From NCBI RefSeq assembly GCF_004010195.1, contig NC_057746.1:18462187-18526051 (forward strand): a stretch of DNA of 63,865 nt, read 5' to 3'. This DNA comes from Chiloscyllium plagiosum. Lineage: Eukaryota. Each line of letters starts with the position of its first letter. The stretch's first letter is position 1. The translations under genes and the position numbers were made by a program. Shown one piece after another: positions 25,740 to 38,600 of this stretch. The notes beneath the pieces were generated by a model. That model was given only the letters and a program-made list of their open reading frames with translations. It had not been told where the DNA came from and did not search any database.

Positions 25740-26195
25740 AGAGTCAGCCTCAGCGCCTCTGTGCAATTGATAACATCTCCCAGCCCTCGATCAATTCAGC
25801 CACAGAACCGCCGGAGATTATCTTTTACCTTGAAACAGAGCGGGGAGAGGTTTATTTTTTGAGACGGCAGGCCCCCGGATTAAAATAGAGACGGCAGGCC
25901 CTTCGCGTGTTTATTTGGGGGAACGGGCGGCGAGAGCGAGGAATTTCGCGCAGACCCACACACAGAGAGTGGCGGCTCCAGAAATCAAGGGGGGTGGGTG
26001 TTGTCTCAGTAACTGATGTCGGTGAGCTCGGGTCAGACAGTCATCAGCAGAAACAGGGTGATCTCTCCCTCCCCGGGGTGAGCTAACAGGAGACTGCGAT
26101 TTCCAAAGGCGTGGGACTGCCATGAGTCGAAAATAAGGAAAGTTACAAGGAAAATGTAGAAAAAAGACAGACGCGGATTTGGGATTAAGGTGAGC
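25740..26195 (+). promoter_or_regulatory. CpG-enriched candidate promoter and non-coding exon 1 (donor at 26189/26190)
   Basis: Unique, CpG-rich segment; GC box GGGCGG 25925-25930; TTTCGCGC 25944-25951; donor TAAG|GTGAGC. The leader exon starts with an acceptor just before its ATG, which implies an upstream UTR exon. Confidence 0.5.
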
Positions 26196-26979
26196 CGCAT
26201 TGGAAATAACACTCAGAATAAAGAGAGGGTCTTTTTTTAAAAAAATATATATAACCTCTGGGTGGATTTTCTCTTTCTAAATAAAGTCAAAGTAATGTTG
26301 GGGACGGTGCAGGTCTGAGGCACTGAGGATGCTAGGGGAATTCAGCAGGTCTGTGTGTGGGGAGAGAGAGAGAGAGAGAGCAACAGTTGGAATCTAGAAT
26401 TTGCCTTTCTCTACATCGAGCAGGGAACTGTGTGCAATGTCCAGTTTAATTTAAGTTTTCACTTGCCGCCAGTGCGGAAAGGTGCACTCTGAAGGTAACG
26501 CCGGTCAAATCTCATTCCCTGGAGCCAGTGAGAAATGTGAATTTTCGTTCCCAGAGATTCAGCGTTTCTTCAGCGAAAACGGCGGAAAATTTGCGATGAT
26601 TTCACCGACGATTTTTTTTTTTGTAATTGGACGGGAAAGAAAATGCAAATTTTATTTATAATTTTTTCCCCTTCCACACCCTGATGTTTTATTTCAAATC
26701 AAGATTCTGATTTCTTGACAAAATGAACCGGATTATTGACCAGGTTTCCCAAATGCATCCAACTGCTCAGTGAGTTACAGATGGATTTGTATGTGGCTAT
26801 TTCCTCAGAGGGCTCCAAAAGTTCATTGTGCTCTGGCTCTCTCTCTCTCTCTCCCCCCACACACACATCTGCGGAGTTTCTCCGGCGCTCTCAGGGCTTT
26901 TGATTTTTTTTTAAAAAATGTCAGATTTCCAGCATCGGCAGTATTCTGCTTTTATCGATGGAGATTTGCCCAGAGAATG

Positions 26980-27260
26980 GGGAGGGCAGTTAAGAGTCAA
27001 GCTCACTGCTGTGGGTCTGGAGTTATGTGTAAGCCAGACCAGGTAAGGATGGCAGTTTCCTTCCCAAAAGGACATTCGTGAGCTAGATTGTCTTTTTTTT
27101 CCCCCCTGACAACGGATTCATGGTCATTATTGGATTTTTAATTCCAGATTTTTTTTAAAAAATTGAAATCAAATTCCACCCTCTGCGCCAAGTTGGGATT
27201 CGAACCCAGATCCCCTGGGTTAACAATCCAGGGATAACACTGCAAGGCAGCCACCTGCCC
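26980..27260 (-). mobile_element. Older tRNA-derived SINE; related copy on + at about 29270-29550
   Basis: aggccagaccaggtaaggatggcagtttccttc here is the reverse complement of gaaactgccat..ctggtctggcctac near 29440-29470; B-box-like gggttcgaatccc on minus. Confidence 0.55.
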
Positions 27261-27331
27261 ACAATCTGCTTCCTATCTAAAATTATCAACACGTGGAAGA
27301 AGTTTCCAAGCATCTGCCACCCTTTATGGGT

Positions 27332-27542
27332 AAAAACGAGGACTGCAGATGCTGGAAACCAGAGTCGAGATTAGAGTGGGGCTGGAAAAGCACAGCAGTT
27401 CAGGCAGCATCCGAGGAGCAGGAAAATCAATGTTTCAGGCAAAAGCCCTTCAAAGATGAAGGGCTTTTGCCCGAAACGTCGATTTTCCTGCTCCTCGGAT
27501 GCTGCCCGAACTGCTGTGCTTTTCCAGCACCACTCTAATCTA
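27332..27542. mobile_element. Palindromic Penelope-like insertion
   Basis: Inverted arms; 14-bp TSD caccctttatgggt at 27318-27331 and 27543-27556. Confidence 0.85.
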
Positions 27543-27629
27543 CACCCTTTATGGGTGTATAACTGCTTCCAAACATCTCTTTTGGACGGCTTGACTTTCA
27601 TTCATAGACGGAAAGAAGAACCCTCTCCC

Positions 27630-28490
27630 AACTAGAACGAGAAGGCATAGGCTTACAGTGAGAGGGGAAAGATTTAAAAGTGACCTAAGGGGCATCGTTT
27701 TCACACAGAGGGTGGTGCGTGTGTGGAACGAGCTGCCAGAGGAAGTGGTGGAGGCTGGTACAATTGCAACATTTAAAAGGCATCTGGATGGGTACATGAA
27801 TAGGAAGGGTTTAGAGGGATATGGGCCAAGTGCACATAAGTGGGATTATATTAATTGAGGATATTTGGTTGGCATGGATAAGTTGGACCAAAGGGTCTGT
27901 TATTGTGCTGTACAACTCTATGACGCCCAGATACTCTGTAGTTACGTTATTTGTATAGTTATGTTATTCCACATTGTAATTTAGATTCCAGCAAACTTTC
28001 TGTGCCAACGTCCATCCCCAATGGCTAGATTCTGCGTGAATATTTTCAATATCAACCTATTTGCAGGCACATCTGGGATTTGAGCCATCTCCTGGTTCCA
28101 ATATTAGGACACTACCACTGTGCCACAGGAGCACCTAGCTCCTTCCCTCCTATTAAGTCTGAGTGAGGGGTCTTCAATTAACCTGGTAACCAGATGCTGT
28201 CCAGTTGTTATACAGTCATCGAGTCATACAGCATGGGAACAGACCCTTTGGCCCAACCAGTCCATGCCGACCATAATCCTAAACTAAACTAGTCCCACCT
28301 GCCTGCTCCTGGCCCATATACCCCCTAAACATTTCTTATTCATTTACTTATGCGAATGTCTTTTAATCATTACAATTGTACCTGCACCCACCACTTCCTC
28401 TGGAAGATCATTTCACACATAAATCACTCTCTGTGTAATAAAGTTGCCTCAAATACCTGTTTGCAAAACCTTTCTCCTCTCTCTTTGGGC
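27630..28490. mobile_element. CR1 3' ends (plus 27630-27925; minus 28215-28490)
   Basis: FTQRVVRVWNELPEEVVEAG motif and shared 3' UTR. Confidence 0.75.
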
Positions 28491-29637
28491 TCTATCCCCA
28501 CCTATCGCCGACTCCTTCCCCCCTCCCATCACCCTATGTTCTACAAAAAAAACCTGCACTTTCCGAGCTATGATCAGTTCTGAAGAGCAGTCACTGGATC
28601 CAAGGCATTATCTCTGATTTCTCTCCACAGATGCTGCCAGACCTGCTGAGCTTCTCCAGCAGTTTCTGTCAGGAAACCATTAACTGGTGTAACCATTTCC
28701 TATTGCTGTTTAGGCTTTTCTTTAATCTGAAAGACCAAAATTGGCTGCGAGGTTTTGTTGTTTGTATTTGTTTCACTGCATTGTTTTGTGGTTGAGAATA
28801 TTCCACGTTGGGAATGGGAAAGCTCCTGGATGTGAAGCTTCATGAAAATAATAAAAACAAATTAAAAGTCATGGATGGTGACCCGGCAAGTTGAAATTTT
28901 GTGTTTGGACTCAAAGTTGAATTGATTTGCTCTCAGTTCAGGATGCCCTAGGCCCCAAAGTCCTTCATTGATGTATAACCATCTTAAATTTGCATGCATT
29001 CTCATGGGATTGAGTGCACACTTGGGGGCAATTTAACAATGGCAGATTAAATAAGAAATGTTTGGAGGGATATGGACCAGGAGCAGGCAGGTGGGTATGG
29101 TTTAGTGTGCGACTATGTTCAGCATGGACTGGCTGGACTGAAAGGTCTGGACTGCAACTGGACAGAATCTGATTGGGTGAAATCTGATGGGTAGGTGCTG
29201 TGTAGCACTGACAGAGGGAACCCGAGACCCCAATTAACATCCATAATGGCTTCAACCATCTCAAGTGGGACGGTGATGGCCGAGTGCTGTTATCATTGGA
29301 CTGCTAATCCAGAGATCCCAGCTAATCACTGAGGACATGGGCCTGAGTGGCACATTGGATCCTTTCCTTCAAAATAAAATCTGGAATTAAAAGTCAAATG
29401 ATGACCTGGGAAAAGCCCATCCAATGAATCTGAGGGAAAGAAACTGCCATACTACACTGGTCTGGCCTACTTGTGATTCCCAACTGCCCCTCTTTGCAAT
29501 AAACTCTGGCCAAGGCAGCGATGCTGCCATCTTGTGAATGAATTGAAAACCAATTACAATGAGGAGTTTTTAGTTGCCTCTACTATGAGTGTTAATTTCA
29601 CTTTCTGTGCAATTTATTTGTTCACCACTGAAGCAGG

Positions 29638-29680
29638 ATGAACACAAGCCCCATCCTCTGGATATTGGCTGTCTTCTCGG
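29638..29680 (+). CDS. NCR3: Leader (signal peptide) exon, MNTSPILWILAVFS(G), phase-1 donor
   Basis: ATG at 29638 follows a tandem AAG-CAG acceptor and a pyrimidine tract; hydrophobic core; donor TCGG|GTAAGT. Joins the next exon to give ...FSGIGA|ETF, a plausible cleavage site. Confidence 0.85.
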
Positions 29681-32600
29681 GTAAGTAGCATTCCGCTGTT
29701 TACAAAATTTTACGGGTTGGTGTCTGGTGACTGTGCTGGTAAAGGCAATAGTGAACGGTGCAATGGACTAGCAAATCAGACTCAGTGCAAAGACACTGCT
29801 CAACGGTCTCGCTTACTCTGTAATCTGCCACAACCTCACCACGACCTCCCTCGGCTGTTGCAAAACCTTTTTGTTCAGCATTTATAGAATTATACGGCAC
29901 AGAAAAAGACCCTTCAGTCCAACTTGTCCACGCTAGCCAGATATCCCAATCTGACGTAGTCCCGTTTGCCAAATTTGGCTCATAAGACGATAGGAGTTGA
30001 AATTAGGCCATTTGGCCCGTTGAATCTGCTACCCCATTCTATCATGGCTGATTGGTTTTTCAAGCCCATTTTCCTGTTTTCTCCCTATAACCTTTGGTCC
30101 CCTTGGCAGACAATATCCCCTTATCTATGTCTGTTTTAAATATACTCAATGACCTGGCCTCCATAACCCTCTATGGCAATGAATTCCATAGATTTGCTGA
30201 AGAAGCTTCTCCTTATCTAAAAAGTCTTCCCTTTACTCTAAGGCTGTGCCCTCAGGTCCTAGTCTCTCCCACCAAGGGAAACATCTTCCCAACGTCCATT
30301 CTGTCGGGCTGTTCAGTCCTCGGCAAGGTTCAATCAGATCGCCCCCCTCATCCTTCTAAACTCTATTGAATATAGTCCCAAATTCTTCAAACGCTCCTCA
30401 TACGATAAGCCTTTCATTCCTGGGATCAGTACAGGGTTTTACAAAGCACTTTCTAATTGGACCACAATCCTTTCTCAATGGACTTCCTTTTGAAGGATGC
30501 AGTCAGCTTCCTTGCTCAGAGTTGTGATCGAATCTGCCCTTTCAGACAGAGTACATCTCACTAAGTGATAAAGCAGTTAAGTAAATGCTACTGCACATTT
30601 CTCTCATTGAGCTGGTAATTTTCTTATTTATTATAAAGTTGTGATCAATGTAAGCCTCCATGCAAGACTGCCTCTCATAGTTCCAACTTCCAATCACTCC
30701 CTCCCCTCTAACTTTCAGGAATTGGCGCTGAGACGTTCCACGTTGTTCAGAAACTTCCCAGAATTCTGGTGGAGGAGACACAATCAGTCCTCATCCCCTG
30801 CAAATGGACAGGCAATGTCTCCCGGCCAATAGGCTCTTACAGATGGCAGAAGGATGGAAGGAATGGCACGGAAGTTTCTGGTCAGACGGCAGAGTACAGA
30901 GGGCGGGTGCACAGATCCCAAGAGGATTTTTTTAACAGCCAAGATGCCTCGCTATTGCTGAAGGAGTTGAAAGTGACTGATTCCGGGATGTATTATTGCA
31001 GTGTGAAAATAATGGAACTGGGTGAGGAATATGGAGCAGGAACACAGCTCACCGTGAGAGGTAACCGATTCACTTGCCTGCCAATAATATTGACCAATAA
31101 CAAAGCCCTTCATTAGGGCGGCACGGTGGCACAGTGGTTAGCACTGCTGCCTCACAGCGCCAGAGATAGGGGTTCGATTCCACCCTCGGGCGACTGTCTG
31201 TGTGGAGTTTGCACATTCTCCCTGTGTCTGTGTGGGTTTCCTCCCACAGTCCAAAGACGTGCAGGTCAGGTGAATTGGCCATGCTAAATTGCCCTTAGTG
31301 TTGGGTAAATGTAGGGGAATGGGTGGGTGGCGGGTCGGTGTGGACTTGTTGGGCCGAAGGGCCTGTTTCCACACTGTAAGTAATCTAATCTAAACATGCA
31401 TGGTATGAGAATCAACTCCACAGTGCAACAGGCAACTTTTTCTAGCTCTTCGTGCTGAAGTTAAGTGGGGGTCTGTTCAATTATCGGACCTTCATAATAC
31501 CTCAGTTATACATAAATACAATCTTGTACGAGTAATTATGTTGAAGTGCCGGTGTTGGACAAAGTTAAAAATCACAGCAGGTCAGGCAGCATCCGAGGAG
31601 CAGGAAAATTGACTTTTCGGGCAAAAGCACTTCATCAGGACTGCTCCTGCTCCTCAGGTGCTGCCTGACCTGCTGTGCTTTTCCAGCACCACTCTAATCT
31701 CGACTCTGATTTCCAGCATCTGCAGTCCTCACTTTTGCAAAGTTAAAAATCACACAACAGCAAGTTATAGTCCAGCAGGTTGCAACGATTAGTATTAACT
31801 TCTGTGTGGAGTTTGCACATTCTCCCCGTGTCTGCGTGGGTTTCCACTGGGTGCTCTGGTTTCCTCCCACAGTCCGAAGATGTGCAGGTTAGGTGGAATG
31901 GCCATGGGAAATTGTCCGCAGTATCTAGGGATGTGCAGATTAGGTGGATTAGTCTTGGGAAATGCAGATTTAGAGGGACAGGGTAAGGGATTGGTCGGCT
32001 CTTTGGCAGTTCAGCATGGACTCAATGGGCTGAATGGCCTTCTTCCACACTGTAGGGATTCTATTCTAAATTAGCTGTGAAGATATGATCAGTCTTTTGC
32101 AACTTTTCATCTCATCCTGCCATGAGGATCCGGATTATCCACTGTCCCAGATTATAACCGTCAAGCAAGAATTCTATACTTTACATCGCAGCCTGATTAC
32201 CATTTTGAAAATTAACTTGCAAGATTATTCTGAAAATTCTTAAATTGCAGAATTAACAGCTAATTAAATATGTGAATGGAAAGAATAAAGGCATAAAGTC
32301 ACACAGCATGGAAGCTGACCGTTCGGTCCAACCAATCCATGATGGCCATAATCCTAAACTAAATTAGTCCCACCTGCCTGCGCTAGGCCCACATCCCTCC
32401 AAGCATTTCTTATTCAGGTACTTATGTAAATATCCTTCAAACATTGTAACACTACCCGCATCCACTTCCATTGGAAGTTCATTCCACACACTGTATAAAA
32501 AAATTTGCCCCTCATGTCTTTTTTTTAAACTCTCTCTCCTCTCACCTTCGAAATATGCCCCCTAATCTTGAAATCCCCCTACCCTAGGGAATAGACGCCT

Positions 32601-35600
32601 ACCATCTCGACCCCTCATGATTATATAAACCTCTTGTGAAGCCACCTCTCAATGTCCTACGCTCTGGGGAAAAAATGTCCCAGACTACCCCCACCTTTCT
32701 TTATAACTCAAACCTTCCACACCTGGCAACATTCCTGTAAATCTCTTTTGAACCATCTCCAGTTTAATAATATCCTTCCTGTGACAGGGTGACCAGAACT
32801 GCACACAGTATTCCCGAAGAGAAACCTGATTGTCATTTTGAAAGTTAACTGAGGAAAGTATTCTGAAGTTGCAGGAATAACAATTAATTAAATATGCGAT
32901 TGGAAGCAATCGTCATGTTACGGAATGCAAAAGGGGAGAGAATATTCCTCCATTGCTTGAAATGACACGAACCACATTTGGAGTAAGGCATGCAGTTTTA
33001 AATCGGGAAGGATATGTTAGCCTTGGTAGATCACAATCCTGAGTCACCAGTGTGGTCCAGGAGCTTGGTGTTTAAGCTGTCGCACAGTTTTTGAGTTCAT
33101 AAAAAGGGAGAAAAATGTTTCTTTTCGTGGGAGCATCAAGAACTATGGAATGTGATCTCAAAATCAGAGACCGCTAATCAAACAATGAAGACAGGTAGCA
33201 GATTTGGTTGCGAAACTGGGTGGGAATCTGGAACCCTCCTTGGAAAGACTGAAAGCACTGAAACTTGCAAAGGCAGGGTTGATGGATATCACAAGGCGGT
33301 GTTAAAATGGGGTACATAAATAGCCGAGCAGATTGAGTTCAGGTTTAGATCAGCCATAATCTAACCAAATGGTTGACTGGATGCAAGGGGCTGAATGGCC
33401 TCCTGCCTTGACCTGCGTAGCTATCTGACTTTGGCCTCTTTCTTCTCAGCGAAAACAAAAGGTGCCATGACCCTATGGTCATTCCTGTTGATCGGTGCTC
33501 TGGTGAATGGGGCTTTCTTGTTCATTTTTGTGCTCTACTGTGTGAAGTTACGCAGAACGAAAGGTAAGGACATGTATCTTTTTGCTGTTTGGCAGATGTT
33601 AAGGTTGTGAGATATTGTGGTGTGAGCATTTGCATTTGTATTCTTAAGGTTGGATGTATGTAATTGGCACTCCTACTCCCTTTGCTCATCTCTTTAATGT
33701 CCTTCTCCCAAGCTCGAACCATTTGCCATACTGTCCATTTCTCATCGTGCGCACCATCTCTGGGTCAAAATTTTCACCCATCTTCTTTCCCCATTCCAAA
33801 ACACGCACTACTAAAGATCTTAACCATTTAGAATAATCGCGTACAGTTAACCTAGCATGATCCATTTCTCCAAAAACATGAGTAAAATGAATCCATAACC
33901 AACCTGCATATTTAGCAGAGGCTCTCCCTTTCGTTTGACTACATCTATTTAAACCATTTACTTAAACCATCTATTGGATCCCCTCTGTTCTCACGTATCT
34001 CGGTAAATATAGCTTCCTTCATATCTTCCAATTCTTCAGGCTGAGCAGTGGGTAAAGCAGACTGAATCACAGGGCTCACACACACACACTAGCATTAACT
34101 TTACTTCTCTATCAGCGAGGCCACATAAAAGTCTTTGCTGATGAGTGCTTTTTGAAAAAATTCAAAACGGTTTGCAGTGGGTTGAAAAGTGGAAACTGTG
34201 ATGGATCAAACCAAACCGCCTCAACATACTCAGAAGATAGTCCAGACCCTAACTTTTTTTTCTTATTTTAAAGGTAAATGTAAGGTGTTCCGTTCCAGAT
34301 GCAATTCATTTGGTCAAACTGTCAGACTTAAAGTAAAGCAGACTTTATTCATCCACTATGGTTAAAATGCAACAAAACAAAAAAGGAATTGGAATAATAT
34401 CACTCTACTGGAAAACTTAACAGAACAATACATACAGTAACTATTATTAATTAACTGTTCCAATGTAGCAACATCGCATAAACACACCTTTGGTAAAAGG
34501 CAAATTCATACACAGATTGCCTCACATGTAACTCCAGTGACAGGCAGAGACCCCCCCAGCTTATGGCTGTAACCAAGAGACAGGAAAAATAGCTTTCACT
34601 TCTTTAAGACCCCAATAGCAACTGCTGAGAGCTAAAACTGAAAATCCTGGTTCTGTGGGTGCTGGAACACACCCATTCAGGCTGTTTTTATTGTTCCAAC
34701 CTTAAAAACACCCAAGGCCTCACAAGCTGTTTACTCTATTGGCTTTCCAACTAGACAGCTCGATGCCTCTGTCTTAAACCCTCTCTTTCAAAAAAAAGGA
34801 ACAAAATAACCTCTTAAAGCCACACAAAATCTTATTAGCAATTTCCCTTAACTGTGTTACCACAAGTGGGTAGATGATTACTCTCAGTCCTCACTTTGTG
34901 CGATTGGCAGTCATAGAATCATTGGTGCGAGAGCAGGTTTTATGGGTGCTGAGGGCTTCAGTGTCTCAGGAGAGGGAGTTGGGGGTCCCCAGTCATCAGT
35001 ACTCACTGAGCATTCTTTTCTAACTTTCCCAACCTACTCTATAATCACCATTTTCCTCAGACTGAACAGTCCCAACTTCAGGCATTATTCCTTTCTCTAT
35101 TGATAGCTGAGATTTCATGGTGGATCAGTGGTTAGTACTGCTGCCTCACAATGCCTGGGACCTGGGTTCGATTCCAGCCTTGGGTGACTGTGTCTGTGTG
35201 GAGTTTGCACATTCTCCCCGTGTCTGTGTGGGCTTTCTCCGGGTGCTCTGGTTTCTTCCCACAATCCAAAGGTGAGCACGTCAGGGTGAATTGGCTGTGC
35301 TAAATGCCTGTAGTGTTCAGGGATGTGTGTAGACTTAGTGCATTAGTTGGCAGTAAATGTAGAGTAATAGGATAGGGGAATGGGTCTGGGTGGGTTACTC
35401 TTCAGAGGGTCAGTGTGGACTTGTTGGGCTGAAGGGCCTGTTTCCACACTGTAGCGACTCTATAATAAATTTTTTACTTTATAACTTTGAATGGTCAGTC
35501 ACAGAGATTTAACTTCCTCTGTCTACTTGATACAGAACTTTCACATCGGCCTGCAAATTGATGCATTTTCCTTTCAACTCATTTACATTCTGTTTGGCCG

Positions 35601-38600
35601 CATCTTGATCACTATATGCACTGTATACTTCTCAAATTGGATCAGAAACGGGTCCACATACAACACATTCATCTGATTCCTTTGCTCCTGTTCCACTACT
35701 TTGCCACCTAACTTTCCATCTGTTCAGATAATTTTCCTCACATGAAGTCATCTCTCATTGTCTTCATGTAATATTTTCCTTTGTAACTTTGCAAGCAAAC
35801 TGACTATTGCTGTTGCCTCACTAAACCTGGTACCATGTTTCCTTTGCTCTCTGTGTTTCTTCACAATGCTTGCCAGGACTCAATGGTCTGAATTATAGGG
35901 ACAGTTTGGATAAGCTAGGAATTTTTTTTCTTTCCAGCGTGGGAGACGGAGGGGGGAGTCTTACAGAAGTGTATAAGATCATGAGAGGCGTGGATAGGGT
36001 GGATGCACTCAGTCTTTTTCACAGGTTTTGGGGAATCGAGGGCCTCAGTTTAAGGTTAGAGGGGAAAGAATAAAAGGGAACCTGAGTGGCAACTTTTTTT
36101 ACCACAGAGGGTGGTACACATATGGAATGAGCTGCCAGCGGAAGTGGTTGAGGCAGGTACATTAACAACATTTGAAAGGCATTTGGACAAATACATGGAT
36201 AGGGAAGGATTAGAAGAATATGGGCCAAGTGCATGGAAATGGGGTTAGCGGGGATGGACATTTTGGTCGGCGTGGACCAGTTTGGGCCTTTCTCTGTGCT
36301 GTAGGCCTCTGACACTATTTCTGAACTGTGGATCCCAGACCCGTTACTAACTTACTGTAATGCACAACCACTCAGGCCACCTTTTTATTTAGATACTTCT
36401 TTAGTATCTCCAACCATACTTGGAGATCTGCCATTCTTCACTCTTAACAATTCGACGATGAAACTAAGTTCGGTGGAAGTGTGGACAGTGCTGAATGGTG
36501 TTGCAAGTTACAGAGGGACACAGATAACCTGCAGAGCTGGGCTGAGAGGTGGCAAATGGAGTTTAATGTGGGAAAGTGACCTTACAGAGGTCTATAAAAT
36601 CATGAGGGGCATGGATAGGATAAATAGATAAAGTCTTTTCCCTGGGTTGGAGGAGTCCAGAACTAGAGGGCATAGGTTTAGGGTGAGAGGGGAAAGATAT
36701 AAAAGGGACCTAAGGGGCAATTTTTTCACACAGAGGGTGATGGATGTGTGGAATGAGCTGCCAAAGAAAGTGGTGGAGGCTGGTACAATTGCAACATTTA
36801 AAAGGCATCTGGATGGATATATGAATAGGAACGGTTTGGAGGGATATGGGCCAAGTGCTGGCAAATGGGACTAGATTGGGTTGGGATATCTGGTCAGCAT
36901 GGACGAGTTGGACCGAAGGGTTTGTTTCCCTACTATACACCTCTATGACTCTTAATTCTCTAAGCATCCTCTAAGGGATACGAGAAAGGACCAGATTCAC
37001 TTCACAAATTCTGTAATTTGTTTGTTACACTCAGCAAACAGCCGATTTACTTCCAATTGTTGATCAATCTACCAAGCCTGGTGATCTGACTTCAGAACAA
37101 CTTAAATTCACTCCTTATCGATGGCCAGCAGGGGATGCCAACAACTGTTCCTCAAAAGGACAACTCAAACTTCTTACTCAGATATTCTTCCCATATGTGG
37201 CAGACAAATGACAGGGAACTGACTCAGAATCTAACTAAACAAATTCCTCATATCTTTAACTCCCAATTATTAAGCTGGAGAGAGTTCTGAAGAGATTTAC
37301 GAAATGTTGCCGAATATGGAACGTTTAGGTGATAAAAAAAGGCTGGATAGGCTGGGATTTCTTTCACTGGAGCGTAGGAGGTTGAGAGGTGGCCTTCTAG
37401 AGGTTTATATACTCATGAGGGGTATACATATAGAGTTAATGGTAGGTGTCTTTTCCCTTGGATGTGGGATTTCAAAACTGGGGGAATATTTTTAAGGTGA
37501 GAGGAGAGAGATTTAAAAAAGACAAGAGGGACAAGTGTTCTGGCAGAGTGTGATTCACTGGTGGAGTGAGCTTCCTGAGGAGGTGGTAGATATAGGCACA
37601 GTTATAACATTTAAAAGACACTTAGTTAACTAGATGAATAGGAATGGTTTGGGGGGGATATGGGCCAGGAGCAGGCAGGTGGGCCTAGTTTTGTTTGGGA
37701 TTATGTTTGGCGTGGATTGTTTGGATCAAAGGGTCTGTTTCCATGCTGTATGACTCTATGCCTCAATGTAAGACATATTTGAGTTGCAACATTTAGTTGT
37801 TACTTCATCAACCTTAACTTCAACTTTGCCTGACTTCACTTAGTTCACATTTAACCCCAACTTTAACTCTATAAGTTTAGCTTGAATCAAACCCTGATTT
37901 GGGTGAAGTGGCCAACTTTTGCTCTCAGTGTCGATCTTGCCTCATTGTTATTTGCTTTCTCTGAAAGTCACTTCAGGGCCAGACTTTTGAAGTGAGGTCT
38001 TAAAGGCTTCTCCTACAAAAATAAGTCCTTTGTTTTGTTAACCTGCCTCGAAAGAACGTTGTGCTCTTCCAGCAGAAGCCTGTCTGGCCCTCAACCAATG
38101 AATTAAACCATAGCTGGATTATATTGTTCAATCCCAGTCAATGGAGTTTACTGGTAAACAGTTCCCAAATGTTTACAGCATTTAAGGTAGTAGTGGTGAC
38201 AGCATTTCTAGAGACCGCATGACACTTTCCTTGTTTGGTCAACAGTGGAAACTGCATATCACAACATATCCTGGCTGCAGCTTTAACTGAGGTCAGAGTT
38301 TAAACTGGCTTGACCAAAATTCCCAGCATGCTTCATTATAGCTCTTCACTAGTCTTGCAGGCCTTTCTGCTGGAGGGCATGCTGATTTTCCCATGGCCCA
38401 AAATTTAAAGTATTAATAATTATAAATGCATTGCCACACAGAATATATCCATTCTGTCTGACGGGAACATACTTAGTTAGAGAAAAAGAAAACTGCAGAT
38501 GATGGAATCCAAAATAGACTGGCAGGAGGCTGGAAGAACATAGCAAGGCAGGCAGCTTCAGGAGGTGGAGGTGTAACACCCGAAACGTTGGCTTCTCCAC

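Noticed and set aside
31116-31190. tRNA gene
   Set aside because: It is the tRNA-derived head of an HE1-like SINE and continues into the V-domain and tail.
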